A stretch of 64,000 bases of DNA from an uncultured Planctomycetota bacterium (GTDB lineage: Bacteria; Planctomycetota; Planctomycetia; Isosphaerales; Isosphaeraceae), in assembly GCA_963845755.1 (NCBI GenBank), contig CAWJTV010000034.1:32001-96000 (forward strand), written 5' to 3'. This document shows, piece by piece, positions 62,987-64,000 of this stretch. Each line of letters begins with the position of its first letter. Positions within the stretch are counted from its first letter, which is position 1. Position numbers and translations under genes: made by a program. The notes beneath the pieces are model-generated. The model searched no databases. It saw only the letters and a list, made by a program, of their open reading frames with translations, and was not told the DNA's origin.

Positions 62987-64000
62987 ATGGCCGAGCGGAA
63001 CAGACGGAGTGATGGCGATCTGTCGGTCTGGTGTCACCGGGTGGTGCTGGGATTAGCGGTGATCTTAGTGGTGTCGTGGCCCACTCGGGTGGCCCGGTGC
63101 CAGTCCGAGACGAGCGTATCGCTGCGCGAGATGGTGCGGCGTGGGAGCACATCGCGGGTCCGCATCGAGCTGAAGGCCCAGGGGTTGTACCGGCCGGGCC
63201 TGCCGCCGGGAAAGGTTTCGTCGGAGGCGCGGCTTCCCAAGCCGCGTGCGCTGGATGTTGCGACGCGGCTGATCTTCAGCGAGCGGATTCTCGACTTGGA
63301 GGAGGATGCGGCGAACGGCGCGGAGCAGGACGGAGGCGCGAAGCGAACGGACGGACGGGCGAGTCAAGGGCACGCGACGAAGGTGGTGCGGCATGTGATC
63401 CAGGCGGCTGCGGCCATCAACGGCGAGGTCCGTCCGTTTGCGACGATCCTTCGTCCGGAAGTCGCCCTCCTGGTCGCGGAGCGTCAACAGCAGGACGGGC
63501 CGGTGGTCGTGGTCAGCCCGGCCGGACCATTGACGCGATCCGAACTCGAAGTGGTGCAGGCCATCGGAGATCCGCTGGCGCTGTCCGACATGCTGCCGGG
63601 TCGCACAACGGGGCTCGGGCGGCACTGGCGGGTGGGGCCGTTCGCCGCTCAGGCACTCAGCGGCTACGACGTCATCACGGCCAACGCCCTGGACGCCTCG
63701 CTGGAATCGATCGACCGGACCAGGGCGCGAATCCAGATCCACGGCCGGATCGAAGGCTCGGCCAACGGCGGAAACGGCCTGATCACCTGCGAGGGGACCG
63801 TCACCTTCGATCGCCAGATGGGCTGGATCGACCGGCTCGAGGTGAACCGCGCCGAGACGCGGAGCCCCGGGCCGGTCGAGATGGGCCTGGATGTCAAGAG
63901 CACGCTCACCATGACCCGATCTGCTGATCCGCCACCAGCCACGCTCACCGACGCCGGTCTGGCCCAGCTCAACCTGGAAATCACCCCACGGAGCCAGCGG
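62987..64000 (+). CDS. Exported hypothetical protein, 3'-partial
   Basis: Frame open from ATG 62987 (AAGGAG RBS) to the window end: hydrophobic VVLGLAVILVVSW, then RVRIELKAQGLYRPG. Confidence 0.65.
   Translation, partial: MAERNRRSDGDLSVWCHRVVLGLAVILVVSWPTRVARCQSETSVSLREMVRRGSTSRVRIELKAQGLYRPGLPPGKVSSEARLPKPRALDVATRLIFSERILDLEEDAANGAEQDGGAKRTDGRASQGHATKVVRHVIQAAAAINGEVRPFATILRPEVALLVAERQQQDGPVVVVSPAGPLTRSELEVVQAIGDPLALSDMLPGRTTGLGRHWRVGPFAAQALSGYDVITANALDASLESIDRTRARIQIHGRIEGSANGGNGLITCEGTVTFDRQMGWIDRLEVNRAETRSPGPVEMGLDVKSTLTMTRSADPPPATLTDAGLAQLNLEITPRSQR

Overview
High-GC bacterial chromosome segment with Planctomycetota hallmarks: an LExLExR-LL-type secreted protein, an ECF sigma with a long C-terminal extension, ISAzo13-family elements, LRR and PEP-CTERM-like proteins. 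Many genes, including essential rpoB, rpsA, rplL and cmk, carry small indels that look like long-read errors, so gene models were rejoined across frames. In order, the window holds: the C-terminal ~2000 aa of a giant surface protein; cmk-plsC; polX; a minus-strand operon headed by a very divergent RuBisCO-like protein with sugar-catabolism enzymes, interrupted by a GxxExxY gene enclosed in ~50-bp nonamer-repeat inverted repeats; a sigma-70 gene; rpsA; membrane proteases; a 151-bp palindromic repeat array split by an ISAzo13; an ECF-sigma/efflux-adaptor fusion with a decayed tandem duplicate; an ISKra4-like IS with a 10-bp target duplication; a small accessory region with a second ISAzo13; the tRNA(Thr,Tyr,Gly,Thr)-tuf-rpmG-tRNA(Trp)-secE-nusG-rplKAJL-rpoB cluster with no rpoC after it; DUF72, Uma2 and a multi-HTH sigma-70. 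The best candidates for something new are the RLP sugar pathway and the GxxExxY/microrepeat inverted-repeat elements.
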